Source: a virus
Strand: one strand, 5' to 3'
DNA: 64,000 bases
Virus record (IMG/VR): IMGVR_UViG_3300023196_003249
Coordinates: 1 to 64,000 of that record
Shown: piece after piece, positions 53,350 to 62,025 of the stretch
Layout: each line of letters opens with the position of its first letter
Numbering within the stretch: the first letter of the stretch is position 1
Notes under the pieces: model-generated
Told to the model about the DNA's origin: nothing
Seen by the model: the letters and a program-made list of their open reading frames with translations, nothing else
Databases searched by the model: none
Made by a program: the position numbers and the translations under genes

Positions 53350-53942
53350 AATGCTAATGCTAGCTGGATGTTAACTGGTGGCACCGGAAGCGGCATTAAT
53401 TTAATGTGGTTCCTGCTTACGCCATACCTAACTCTCTTCAGTTTATATACGTAGATGTCCACAGTGTGGGTATAAGTGGCCACAATGGTGCCAACCTTCC
53501 CTGTAACGTAACAATTTCTAGTATTAAGACTCATATCCAGTTTGTATTTCTTATATCTAAATAAATAATCCAGCGTACTCTTACGCCTCCATCCTTGAGG
53601 ACCACCATTCCATATTCGAACAATGTCTTCTTCAGTTGCTTCTCTGGCTTCTCGCTTCTCCAGCTTACCTGTCCAGTGCTTAATGTATAATTCAAATATT
53701 TCTTCAGAACATTCAATGTCAAATGCATCTGCGTGCACATAACTCGTCCCATATATTCGATTAACATCAGTTATCGCTCCTTGCTGTATCTGTAGTATAC
53801 CATATGAATCACCTCCATCTCCAATTATCGAAGGTCTATGGTCGGTCTCCACATGTTTCAGTATATCTCGAATCTCATGCAAGTTATTCGAACCCATCAT
53901 AAGGTTCGTAAATAATAAAAGTAGTATAAATAGCTTTCTCAT
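53346..53942 (-). CDS. secreted lysozyme-like / lytic transglycosylase-like protein (putative endolysin)
   Basis: N-terminal signal-like helix LFILLLLFTNLMMG. VETDHRPS..GDGGDSYGILQIQ resembles an SLT/lysozyme catalytic Glu block. TAtaTTTG box 4 nt before the ATG. Confidence 0.45.
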   Translation of the reverse strand: MRKLFILLLLFTNLMMGSNNLHEIRDILKHVETDHRPSIIGDGGDSYGILQIQQGAITDVNRIYGTSYVHADAFDIECSEEIFELYIKHWTGKLEKREAREATEEDIVRIWNGGPQGWRRKSTLDYLFRYKKYKLDMSLNTRNCYVTGKVGTIVATYTHTVDIYVYKLKRVRYGVSRNHIKLMPLPVPPVNIQLALAL

Positions 53943-53978
53943 TCGCCAAATATACTACTTTTATCTCATATAAACAAA

Positions 53979-54656
53979 TTAAACTTTGTCTATGATGTAA
54001 TACAACCCCTCATAATCACCACGAGTTACCTCTGTACCCTCTACAATTTCACTTCTCCAAGCTCCTTTATCAAGGTATAAATACGCTTTATACCCTACAA
54101 GTTTGATTACAACGTAATCAGCGAAGAATTCAATATTACCATTAAGTAAAAGGGTAAAGATATTACCTCTAACATCACCATTTAGAAACACTTGGTCCAT
54201 TACGGCTTTAGGTATTTGATTGTAAACTGGCTCATTAGGTTCAGTAGCTTTACGAATAATGTTTCTAACCTCATCATTACCACGCTCAAAAGTTTCTGAA
54301 TTGTTTACAACGTCCAAATCAATGTCCGTACCATCAACATTGAATACTTTAGCAGTGCTATCCGCTGATTGAACCATTTCCAATGCTAATTTAGCAGCTT
54401 CTTCTGGGGTATTGGCAGATAAATCAATTTCCCATTTGATTTTGTACTCCTTTTCAACCTCCTCTACATTTACAAGTGTAGTTTGGTCATTTTGCAATTT
54501 GAAACTTTCAAATAACTGGTCAAGAGCTTGTGACCCATCATAACGCTCAATAAGGTACTCTCTTACCTCTTGGTTCGTTAAGTTGCTTGGCACTTCAACT
54601 GTAGCCGTAGCTTCTTTAACAAACGTTCTTTGTACTAATACTTCTACTTTTTTCAT
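53979..54656 (-). CDS. hypothetical protein
   Basis: ORF downstream of a family-1 cassette. Confidence 0.55.
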   Translation of the reverse strand: MKKVEVLVQRTFVKEATATVEVPSNLTNQEVREYLIERYDGSQALDQLFESFKLQNDQTTLVNVEEVEKEYKIKWEIDLSANTPEEAAKLALEMVQSADSTAKVFNVDGTDIDLDVVNNSETFERGNDEVRNIIRKATEPNEPVYNQIPKAVMDQVFLNGDVRGNIFTLLLNGNIEFFADYVVIKLVGYKAYLYLDKGAWRSEIVEGTEVTRGDYEGLYYIIDKV

Positions 54657-54685
54657 CTATATTGTTTTAAATGATTAATAATATT

Positions 54686-54738
54686 CAAATTTACAACAAA
54701 AAAATAACCCTACCAAATAAATGATAGAGTTATTTCAA
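54686..54738 (-). promoter_or_regulatory. terminator-promoter cassette family 1 (minus orientation)
   Basis: Copy 7. The reverse complement reads TTGAAATAACTCTATCATTTATTTGGTAGGGTTATTTTTTT..TAaaTTTG. Confidence 0.65.
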
Positions 54739-54752
54739 AATCGGGGGTAATT

Positions 54753-55295
54753 TTATTCTGAAAGGTCAAATACTAATGATTTATACCCTTTAGGTTTTAC
54801 TTTTTCAATTGAAATCTCATCTCTTGCCCAAGTACCAACGATACCTCTCTCATTCCCTCGGAAGTCTCCACCACCGCCACCGTTACCCTCACAGGTTAAC
54901 AATGGTAAAGGATGGATTCTCATTGGCCAATCCTCATCATCAGGGTCGATTAAATCAACCGTTGTTTTATCAACATATAATTTCTTTGAATGGTTTACAA
55001 CAAACTTGTAAATCTCCGAATCAATCATTTCAGCGTTAGGTGTAACTTTGTTTTTCTCATTACATCTGTCATATACAATTGATGACATGCCATTACATTG
55101 ATTTGCGTAATCACCAGCCCAGACTAGTCTTTGAGGGTTTTCTACTAATAAACTTTCCATGGCATTAACGTAAGCATTCCCTATGTAGGAATGTTCCATC
55201 AATTTAAGCCCATTGCCATAATCCCAACTGTAAACCCATTCTTTAACAGTTTTTTTGTTTTTCTTTAAAATTGCCGCATTATAATACTGACCCAT
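54753..55295 (-). CDS. hypothetical protein
   Basis: ORF. Confidence 0.55.
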   Translation of the reverse strand: MGQYYNAAILKKNKKTVKEWVYSWDYGNGLKLMEHSYIGNAYVNAMESLLVENPQRLVWAGDYANQCNGMSSIVYDRCNEKNKVTPNAEMIDSEIYKFVVNHSKKLYVDKTTVDLIDPDDEDWPMRIHPLPLLTCEGNGGGGGDFRGNERGIVGTWARDEISIEKVKPKGYKSLVFDLSE

Positions 55296-55324
55296 AATAA
55301 TATAGTTTAATGATTAATAATAGT

Positions 55325-55356
55325 CAAATTTACAACTTATTTATTTACTGTGCAAG
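55325..55356 (-). promoter_or_regulatory. promoter TTGCACAGTAAATAAATAAGTTGTAAATTTG (minus)
   Basis: Same core as 48131-48162, without the upstream box. Confidence 0.55.
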
Positions 55357-55548
55357 TTTTTTTAATCGTTTTTTAAACACTTGAAAAAGTTTACATGACA
55401 ACGCCATGGCCCTTTCTTCAACCCCTCTTTCACTAACTGGACAATCTACCCAATAGTCATTTATTTTATCCTCACAAAACTCTAAGGCCTCCGCATTAGT
55501 CTCACCAGTAAAGCCTAACTCTTTTAATTCTTTTATTATTTCTTCCAT
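55345..55548 (-). CDS. hypothetical protein
   Basis: Start moved to MEEIIKEL, because the -7 box at 55552-55559 lies inside the track ORF. Confidence 0.45.
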   Translation of the reverse strand: MEEIIKELKELGFTGETNAEALEFCEDKINDYWVDCPVSERGVEERAMALSCKLFQVFKKRLKKLAQ

Positions 55549-55551
55549 GCT

Positions 55552-55583
55552 CAAATGTACCACTTATTTATTTACTGTGCAAG
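55552..55583 (-). promoter_or_regulatory. promoter TTGCACAGTAAATAAATAAGTGGTACATTTG (minus)
   Basis: ATG 3 nt after the box. Confidence 0.55.
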
Positions 55584-55591
55584 TTTTTAAC

Positions 55592-55622
55592 AAAAAAAGA
55601 TGTCCCGAACCACCAGGACATC
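55592..55622 (-). terminator. rho-independent terminator GATGTCC..GGACATC + T7 (minus)
   Basis: 7-bp stem followed by a T run. Confidence 0.7.
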
Positions 55623-55672
55623 CACCATCATTATTAACCATGGTCATTTTAGTTGGCTGACCAAACCGTGTA

Positions 55673-55954
55673 TTATAATGGAGCACCTACATTGGTTAAT
55701 GTAATATCTCCATGTTTTTCTTCAAAGAATTCAATTGTCGCTTCTCCACCATTCTCCTCAACCGTCATCTGGTGTTCAACCTCATAAAGGGTCTCACAGC
55801 CGTGACTGCTTCCTACCTCTTCAATCAAATCACTACCATTGGTAATGATACCTTCTTTAATCTTGCGCTTGATTTCTGCTATATCTTCTTCACTGAGTTC
55901 ATCAGTATCCAATGTATGTCGCTCCCAAGTGGTAACCTTAAAATCTACGTGCAT
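55673..55954 (-). CDS. hypothetical protein
   Basis: ORF. Confidence 0.5.
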   Translation of the reverse strand: MHVDFKVTTWERHTLDTDELSEEDIAEIKRKIKEGIITNGSDLIEEVGSSHGCETLYEVEHQMTVEENGGEATIEFFEEKHGDITLTNVGAPL

Positions 55955-55957
55955 AAC

Positions 55958-56335
55958 TTATATTTTAGTTTGAGTTATAGTTCTTTTTTGCTTCCAGTAC
56001 CATGGTGAAATGTAAACCTCTTCACCTGCACGACCTTCATAACATGGGTATTGTTCAAATCCTTCACCAATACCATCGGACCATTGGCCACTAGTATAGT
56101 CTTCAACAATTGCTAACTCTTCTTTAGTTAACTCTCTAGATGACTCATAAGTCGTTACCGACCATAATTTACCGTCTTCAAATATAAATTGAAGATGACC
56201 TCCTGTTACGGCACCATCACAATTCTCAATTATATCCATATAATCAGAAAAACAATCATGACAATCAATACCGTCCAACTCTTCTTTGAATTTATATGAT
56301 GTTTCCGCTTTACCTCTTACTACTACGTTATACAT
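55958..56335 (-). CDS. hypothetical protein
   Basis: ORF. Confidence 0.5.
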   Translation of the reverse strand: MYNVVVRGKAETSYKFKEELDGIDCHDCFSDYMDIIENCDGAVTGGHLQFIFEDGKLWSVTTYESSRELTKEELAIVEDYTSGQWSDGIGEGFEQYPCYEGRAGEEVYISPWYWKQKRTITQTKI

Positions 56336-56357
56336 ATCTTTAGTTTTTATAGTTAAG

Positions 56358-56389
56358 CAAATTTATAACAAATAATCTAGACTACCTAA
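56358..56389 (-). promoter_or_regulatory. TTAGGTAG-N16-TAaaTTTG promoter subclass
   Basis: 32-nt architecture. Confidence 0.45.
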
Positions 56390-56415
56390 CATAATCTAGA
56401 TTATTTTAATTTATT

Positions 56416-57228
56416 TTAAACTAATTCTAATTCTTTGCTAACATCGATTAAAAAATCGTTATTATCAATGTTATCTTTGTTTTGGCCTTTAGTACCTTTG
56501 CCAGTCACTAACTTGTACTTAAGCCCTACAATAACATTCTCTTCATCTAAAAACCTTAAATCACTTTCGTCACCATTGATAACTTTAAATCCTTTATAAG
56601 TCTTAGGTAGCTCTTGTACGTTCTTTACGCCAAATACATAAGCAACATTAAAACCTCTATTCAACATATCAATGCTTTCAACATCGTTAGTCTCACTTCT
56701 AGAAAAAGTTAAGTGATAGTTTCTAGGTAATACCTTATCAAATCTTTTAGGATTTTTAGTATAGTCATAGAATTGAACAGTAGGAAAGTGTTCAAATAAA
56801 TTCTTACCGTTAACCTTAATCTTTTCAAATGGTATATCAGCTGTACCGTTTAATCTAATAGCAAAATTCTTATAACGTACTACTTTACCTGTACGTCCTA
56901 TTTGCTTTTCACCTACAACTTTTTCATGTAGATAAACAATTTTAGATATCTCATTGAATAACTGTAGCATAAATCCTTTCCTATCAGCTAAATAGTATTC
57001 AGTCTTATTCATTTTACCTAACTGAACATTGCTAAATCTAGCCGCTCCAGAATTAAATAAACAAGCTTTAGCACACCCTACAGAAGCATGGCTACATAGG
57101 TTTATACCTTTAGAGTTTTGCTTATGTGGTGCCAAATACATAATGTAAGTTGTATACCCTAACTTTTCACCTTTAATAGTCTTGCTATTGGTAGTTGATA
57201 ATAAATTGTTTGGTACTTTGTAATTCAT
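56416..57228 (-). CDS. conserved Cys-cluster phage protein (possibly GP88-like; function unknown)
   Basis: KTIKGEKLGY.T.I.YLAP....GINLC..AS.GC..ACL pattern. The family name is recalled from memory only. Confidence 0.45.
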   Translation of the reverse strand: MNYKVPNNLLSTTNSKTIKGEKLGYTTYIMYLAPHKQNSKGINLCSHASVGCAKACLFNSGAARFSNVQLGKMNKTEYYLADRKGFMLQLFNEISKIVYLHEKVVGEKQIGRTGKVVRYKNFAIRLNGTADIPFEKIKVNGKNLFEHFPTVQFYDYTKNPKRFDKVLPRNYHLTFSRSETNDVESIDMLNRGFNVAYVFGVKNVQELPKTYKGFKVINGDESDLRFLDEENVIVGLKYKLVTGKGTKGQNKDNIDNNDFLIDVSKELELV

Positions 57229-57258
57229 TGGTTTATAGTTTTAATGATTAATAACACT

Positions 57259-57303
57259 GCAAAGATAACTAAAAAAATAAGACTACCAAATTAATGATAG
57301 TCT
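57259..57303 (-). promoter_or_regulatory. terminator-promoter cassette family 1 (minus)
   Basis: Copy 8. Confidence 0.65.
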
Positions 57304-57318
57304 TTTTGTAAATTATTT

Positions 57319-57654
57319 TTAATCTCTAATTGAATTACCTAATGATATTAACTCATCAAGACTTAACTCATCCAACTCAAATTCCTCTTTATCATGATAA
57401 CCAATATCACTTATACCATAACCAACAATTAAACCGTCTTTAAGACTAGCAATAGCAAATACCATTTCTTCACCATGTCTAGAGTTACATTTTACCGTTG
57501 GTCCTTCAAGGATAATATCCATATCTTCTGGACCTATCTCATCTTCCATCCAGGCTACAACATCACCGTCAGTGATAAATGTCTGCTCTCTAGTTGATAA
57601 CTCTTCTTTAAGCGTTTTAATAGCCTTTTCAATACCCTCAATTAAATCCTTCAT
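57319..57654 (-). CDS. hypothetical protein
   Basis: ORF. Confidence 0.5.
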   Translation of the reverse strand: MKDLIEGIEKAIKTLKEELSTREQTFITDGDVVAWMEDEIGPEDMDIILEGPTVKCNSRHGEEMVFAIASLKDGLIVGYGISDIGYHDKEEFELDELSLDELISLGNSIRD

Positions 57655-57657
57655 ATC

Positions 57658-57876
57658 TTATAATTTTTCAGTGAAAACTTCTTCTATCCATGCTCTCTTA
57701 ATTTGATATTCCTCTTCAAGTAAATCATCAACTTCACTTAATTCAGCATCCTCATTATCCTCAAATACTTTATCAAAACATTCATTGAAACATTCTTGAG
57801 CATTAAGCCCATTCGGTACTCTATATAATCCTTGGTTAGCATCTAACCCTACTAATTGAACTAAATTTGTATTCAT
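57658..57876 (-). CDS. hypothetical protein
   Basis: ORF. Confidence 0.45.
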   Translation of the reverse strand: MNTNLVQLVGLDANQGLYRVPNGLNAQECFNECFDKVFEDNEDAELSEVDDLLEEEYQIKRAWIEEVFTEKL

Positions 57877-57879
57877 CTC

Positions 57880-58092
57880 TTATAATGTTTTATATGTTAA
57901 TGCCTTATCATCTACATCGAAAATAGCGATACTTGTCATACTAGCGTCTGAAACTTGTGGTGAAATACCATAATTCTCTGCCTCGGTAATTATAGCTGTT
58001 GCTATGTTCTCTGAAATTTCGTTAATCTCCTGGTCGTCATAGATTGAATCCGAAAACTCAATATCTAATTTAAAACTTATTGTTCTTCTCAT
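57880..58092 (-). CDS. hypothetical protein
   Basis: Start moved to MRRTISFK, because the -7 box at 58114-58121 overlaps the track start. Confidence 0.45.
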   Translation of the reverse strand: MRRTISFKLDIEFSDSIYDDQEINEISENIATAIITEAENYGISPQVSDASMTSIAIFDVDDKALTYKTL

Positions 58093-58113
58093 AATATATG
58101 GTTTAATAATATT

Positions 58114-58180
58114 CAAATTTACAACAAAAAAATAACCCCACCAAATAAATGATAGAGTTATTTCAAATTATTTCAAATTA
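58114..58180 (-). promoter_or_regulatory. terminator-promoter cassette family 1 (minus) with duplicated TATTTCAAAT
   Basis: Copy 9. The 3' arm variant is TGGTGGGGTT. Confidence 0.6.
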
Positions 58181-58183
58181 TTT

Positions 58184-59038
58184 TTAGATATGACAATCTA
58201 CCACTGTAAGGATTTCATCATCATCACATTCAGCAATCAATCTATCAAGCTCATCGGACCAAACTTTTTCATCCTTATCATTAGAGCTCATGCCCCACCA
58301 ACCCATTTGACCTTGCTCATGCCACTCATAGTCCTTGACCATAGCATAAGTCCTTAGACCAGTTAAATAAGCTACCGCAGCATACTCATCCTCTGTACAT
58401 TGATAATCACTTAAATCAAAGAAGAAGCCTAATTTACCCCCATTCTCTTTTCTCACTTCTTTAAGCCTAAGCATTGACGGTTGATTATGATAATACTCTC
58501 GCTTATCATCAGTAGTGCCAAGTTTTTCATCAGCTAAGCAATCTTCCCAACTTCTTTCAATCTGTGGTATCTCTCCACCAAACATTTCTTTTACATCTCG
58601 ATACGATTTAATGGCGGCAGCTTTATTAGCTTCTCGCATACCAATAAAATCAATATCAGATTTCATGGCACTGTCAACCTTATCACCGTTCTTTAATAAT
58701 AACATATTACTCCAACGACCACCAGCTACATACCAATCCCATTTTGATTCTGGGTTATATGTTGAAAACTCGGCCAACTCATCGTTATCATTCTTACGCC
58801 ATGAACTTCCATTCCATTCATCACCATAAATGGCATACAATCTTTCAAATGGTAATTTAACATGGGCTGGGTCTTTTAACTCATTTACCTTGTTTTTGGT
58901 ATAATACTCCATGAATTGTTTGATTTCATCTTCGGTAACTAAATCGTTCTCATACGATTCTACTTCAATGTTTTCATCAAATCCTTCTAATTGGTGGTCA
59001 ATACTGTCTCCTACTACTAATACTACAAAATGGCTCAT
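58184..59038 (-). CDS. hypothetical protein
   Basis: 284-aa ORF. No motif assigned. Confidence 0.55.
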   Translation of the reverse strand: MSHFVVLVVGDSIDHQLEGFDENIEVESYENDLVTEDEIKQFMEYYTKNKVNELKDPAHVKLPFERLYAIYGDEWNGSSWRKNDNDELAEFSTYNPESKWDWYVAGGRWSNMLLLKNGDKVDSAMKSDIDFIGMREANKAAAIKSYRDVKEMFGGEIPQIERSWEDCLADEKLGTTDDKREYYHNQPSMLRLKEVRKENGGKLGFFFDLSDYQCTEDEYAAVAYLTGLRTYAMVKDYEWHEQGQMGWWGMSSNDKDEKVWSDELDRLIAECDDDEILTVVDCHI

Positions 59039-59049
59039 AATTTTTATTT

Positions 59050-59280
59050 TTAATGGTTATCTAATAATTCTTCTTCTGAATGTATTCCTAATGTATTCTG
59101 TAAAATACCCTCTATGGTATCATATGTCTCATTGAACAGGTCCTGTGCCTCTTCAGTGTAACCACCAGTGTCTCCGTCAAAAACGACTGCAGCCTCACCA
59201 AAACGTTCATGAACTATCTTCTCAGCTATATCACATATAGCCTCCAAATATCTACTGTTATCTACGTATGTCTTTTCCAT
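59050..59280 (-). CDS. hypothetical protein
   Basis: ORF. Confidence 0.45.
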   Translation of the reverse strand: MEKTYVDNSRYLEAICDIAEKIVHERFGEAAVVFDGDTGGYTEEAQDLFNETYDTIEGILQNTLGIHSEEELLDNH

Positions 59281-59576
59281 TATCTATTAAGGTTTTGGAA
59301 ACTGTCAATGGTAGCATCTTTAAGCTCCGATTCCAGTTTAGTTATAGTACTCTCATACCCGATAATCAAAGACAAAGTATCTAACCTTGCATCTTCAGCT
59401 CTAAGCTGCTCTTCAAGTCCAACTAATTCCTTAGCTCTCTCGATAATCTCATGGGCTGTCAACTCCCCACCTTTTGCCAAGTCCTCAATGTACTCAACCA
59501 AATAGTTCTTACGGTCGGTGGCGTACTTAATCCTCCCTTGGATTTGTTCTAATTCTTCTTTAGTGTTTCTACTCAT
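59280..59576 (-). CDS. hypothetical coiled-coil protein
   Basis: ORF. Confidence 0.5.
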   Translation of the reverse strand: MSRNTKEELEQIQGRIKYATDRKNYLVEYIEDLAKGGELTAHEIIERAKELVGLEEQLRAEDARLDTLSLIIGYESTITKLESELKDATIDSFQNLNR

Positions 59577-59603
59577 AATATAGGTTTAACGATTAATAAT
59601 ATG

Positions 59604-59635
59604 CAAATGTAAACATAATATATTTAATAACCTAA
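59604..59635 (-). promoter_or_regulatory. TTAGGTTA-N16-TAcaTTTG promoter subclass
   Basis: 32-nt architecture. Confidence 0.45.
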
Positions 59636-59636
59636 T

Positions 59637-59846
59637 TTAAAATACATTTTCCCAAACAAGTTCATCGTATAACTCTTCACCTGAAATCTCTTCACCTAAT
59701 ACTTCATCTTCCAATACTAGAAAAGCTACAGCCTCACATAATTCAGTCATCGGGTTATCAGCATCCCAGCCTGAACCCATCGGGGCTCCTGCTTCCCATA
59801 ACTCATTAGCCCTAGCTATTATCTTATTTTTTTTAGTCTGCTCCAT
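59637..59846 (-). CDS. hypothetical protein
   Basis: ORF. Confidence 0.45.
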   Translation of the reverse strand: MEQTKKNKIIARANELWEAGAPMGSGWDADNPMTELCEAVAFLVLEDEVLGEEISGEELYDELVWENVF

Positions 59847-59849
59847 ATC

Positions 59850-60122
59850 TTAATCGTTTACGGCTTCCCAAATATCAAAATTATCCTCCTGTAACAACTC
59901 ACAAACTACACCATCAATCATGGCCGTCTCAACCTCATTCCAAAATCCATACTCACCAGTACCTTTGAAAAATAAGTAATCACTAATACCAAATCTCTTC
60001 TCAATTTCGGTATGCTCTTTTAACTCAAATCCTATTTCTAGGAATGCTTCCTTTTGTTTATCAGTGTAATTCTCAATCCAATAATTCTTTCCCGAAGCTG
60101 GGTTCTTACTAACACATTCCAT
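59850..60122 (-). CDS. hypothetical protein
   Basis: ORF. Confidence 0.5.
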   Translation of the reverse strand: MECVSKNPASGKNYWIENYTDKQKEAFLEIGFELKEHTEIEKRFGISDYLFFKGTGEYGFWNEVETAMIDGVVCELLQEDNFDIWEAVND

Positions 60123-60143
60123 ATCTTATAGTTTTTGTTTCAA

Positions 60144-60175
60144 CAAATATAAACATAATATATTTACTAACCTAA
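60144..60175 (-). promoter_or_regulatory. TTAGGTTA-N16-TAtaTTTG promoter subclass
   Basis: 32-nt architecture. Confidence 0.45.
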
Positions 60176-60180
60176 CTTTA

Positions 60181-61020
60181 TTAGACATATATCCTAGCTT
60201 TATCTTTTACTAACTCAACTCCATACTTAGGGTCCTTATACTTGGATATACGCTTCTTTGCCTCGGCCTTACTCCTGTATTTCAAATAAGGATACCCAGC
60301 ATATTGATAACCATACTTTAACTTCTTTACAAAATAAACATCGGCCACCGTTACCGTCCAATATTGGTCCACCTCAATTAAATTCTTAACTGCTTTTCTA
60401 GTCTTAGGAAAATACTTCTTACGTAACCATTTAGGCGTTCTCTCATACATACCACTTAAATTAATATGTAATGATACCTTGGTACCTTCATAATATCTTT
60501 GTAGGTCCTCATACTTCTCAATGAACTGCTCACCTGTATAAGGCGTAACAACCTCCTTACGCTTACCAATCTCTTCAAACGTATCATTGTATAAATAAGC
60601 ACTAATAGTAACCTCAATATTCTCCTCTTTCAATTGCTCAATAGTTAAGGCCTTAGCACATCCAGTAGTAAACATACCCTTAAACATCCCAAAGGTACTA
60701 CCTCTAGTCCCAGCACTACCAAAACTAATCGAACTCCAATATCCAAAATTAGAATCAATACCCTTAATATCATTATCATCCTTATAACGGTCAATAATCT
60801 CCTGTTTGTAATTATTGCAATACTTAACAAAATGGTCCTTGGTAGCCCATATCTTATTAGGTCCACAAGGGTAACCCCATACACTCCAACTCCTAGCACG
60901 TCTCTCACCACCTCCAGGTCCAAACTCCGTACAGTTATTACTACCCCAGTATAACATTGGTACATACCTATCTCCAGGCAACTTGATAAACTGTTTATCG
61001 TAAACTATTTCGTAACTCAT
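60181..61020 (-). CDS. hypothetical protein
   Basis: 279-aa ORF. Confidence 0.55.
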   Translation of the reverse strand: MSYEIVYDKQFIKLPGDRYVPMLYWGSNNCTEFGPGGGERRARSWSVWGYPCGPNKIWATKDHFVKYCNNYKQEIIDRYKDDNDIKGIDSNFGYWSSISFGSAGTRGSTFGMFKGMFTTGCAKALTIEQLKEENIEVTISAYLYNDTFEEIGKRKEVVTPYTGEQFIEKYEDLQRYYEGTKVSLHINLSGMYERTPKWLRKKYFPKTRKAVKNLIEVDQYWTVTVADVYFVKKLKYGYQYAGYPYLKYRSKAEAKKRISKYKDPKYGVELVKDKARIYV

Positions 61021-61048
61021 ATCTTTTAATTTAATGGTTAATGATACG

Positions 61049-61080
61049 CAAATATATAACTATATTATTTAATATCCTAA
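61049..61080 (-). promoter_or_regulatory. TTAGGATA-N16-TAtaTTTG promoter subclass
   Basis: 32-nt architecture. Confidence 0.45.
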
Positions 61081-61125
61081 TAAACACCAGTTATTTCAAA
61101 TAAAATAGTATTAATTCTTCCATAA

Positions 61126-61542
61126 CTAATCGAAATTTCTCATTGCTGCTTCATAACCTGACCTATTCAAACTAACCAGCTTAAACGTATCTGGGTTAAC
61201 TTCTAAATTAGAACTATACGCATACTCCGCAATAGCTCTTTCAATAGCCGTCTCCATATCTCCAGCCATCATAGTATTCCACCCACCTGACTTGAAGTTA
61301 AACATCCACTCCTTATTCTGACGTAAAAATAACCATTCCTCATTAAGCCCCTGATACATCTCATCCAAATGCTTACGGCTTAATTCGATTGCTTCCATAT
61401 CTGCACCCATGGACATATCGAAATTGTTCCATGCTCTATTAAGGACCGCCATCTTTGCTTGAATGTCATTCTCCTTTGCTTCCTTGATTTCTCTAGTCTT
61501 TAAAAACTCTAATAAATGTCTCATATCTAGTTTTCTTCCCAT
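61126..61542 (-). CDS. hypothetical protein
   Basis: ORF. Confidence 0.5.
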   Translation of the reverse strand: MGRKLDMRHLLEFLKTREIKEAKENDIQAKMAVLNRAWNNFDMSMGADMEAIELSRKHLDEMYQGLNEEWLFLRQNKEWMFNFKSGGWNTMMAGDMETAIERAIAEYAYSSNLEVNPDTFKLVSLNRSGYEAAMRNFD

Positions 61543-61730
61543 TCAAATTCTACTCCACCATAATCTGCCTCTAGAGAAGCATCTCCTAGCGCATCACTTA
61601 ATAAGAAGTCCTCATCTTCTAACTTCTCTAAATAAGAGTATACATCGTCCTCATGTATATCATCGGATACCTCCAACTCTACAACGGTAGACTTATAATA
61701 GGTTTTGGTAACTTGTACTGAAATTTTCAT
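61527..61730 (-). CDS. hypothetical acidic protein
   Basis: ORF. First gene after the long ORF-free region. Confidence 0.45.
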   Translation of the reverse strand: MKISVQVTKTYYKSTVVELEVSDDIHEDDVYSYLEKLEDEDFLLSDALGDASLEADYGGVEFEWEEN

Positions 61731-61756
61731 AATATTGGTTTTAAATTAATAACACG

Positions 61757-61788
61757 GCAAACATATAACTAATATTCCATATAACCTA
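61757..61788 (-). promoter_or_regulatory. TTAGGTTA-N16-TAtgTTTG promoter subclass
   Basis: 32-nt architecture. Confidence 0.45.
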
Positions 61789-61917
61789 ATCTTTTTTAAT
61801 AATCTTTTTTGACTTACTTTTTACCCTATAGAAAACCACGAATTTAATACTAAAATCAAAGTTTTTGAAAATAAATCAAAATATATTTGCAGGGGTCCTT
61901 TTTATTAGTTACCTTTG

Positions 61918-62010
61918 ACTTGTCATAGGGAAACTGCGACAGGGCGGCCAGATACACCAACTGGGGAAGAGTAGACTCCACCCTACGCAATGTTTTCCTC
62001 TTTTTTTTTT
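61918..62010 (+). ncRNA. candidate ~90-nt small RNA containing the conserved 35-nt core, ending in T10
   Basis: TAccTTTG box at 61910-61917, core at 61965-61999, GGAAGA/TTTTCC pairing, T10 at 62001-62010. No ORF. Confidence 0.3.
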
Positions 62011-62025
62011 AAAAGTGTGTCAACG

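Noticed and set aside
39431-58180. The dispersed hairpin repeats as a CRISPR array
   Set aside because: The copies are kilobases apart with genes between them, lie on both strands, and each is coupled to a T run and a promoter box. There is no regular repeat-spacer structure.
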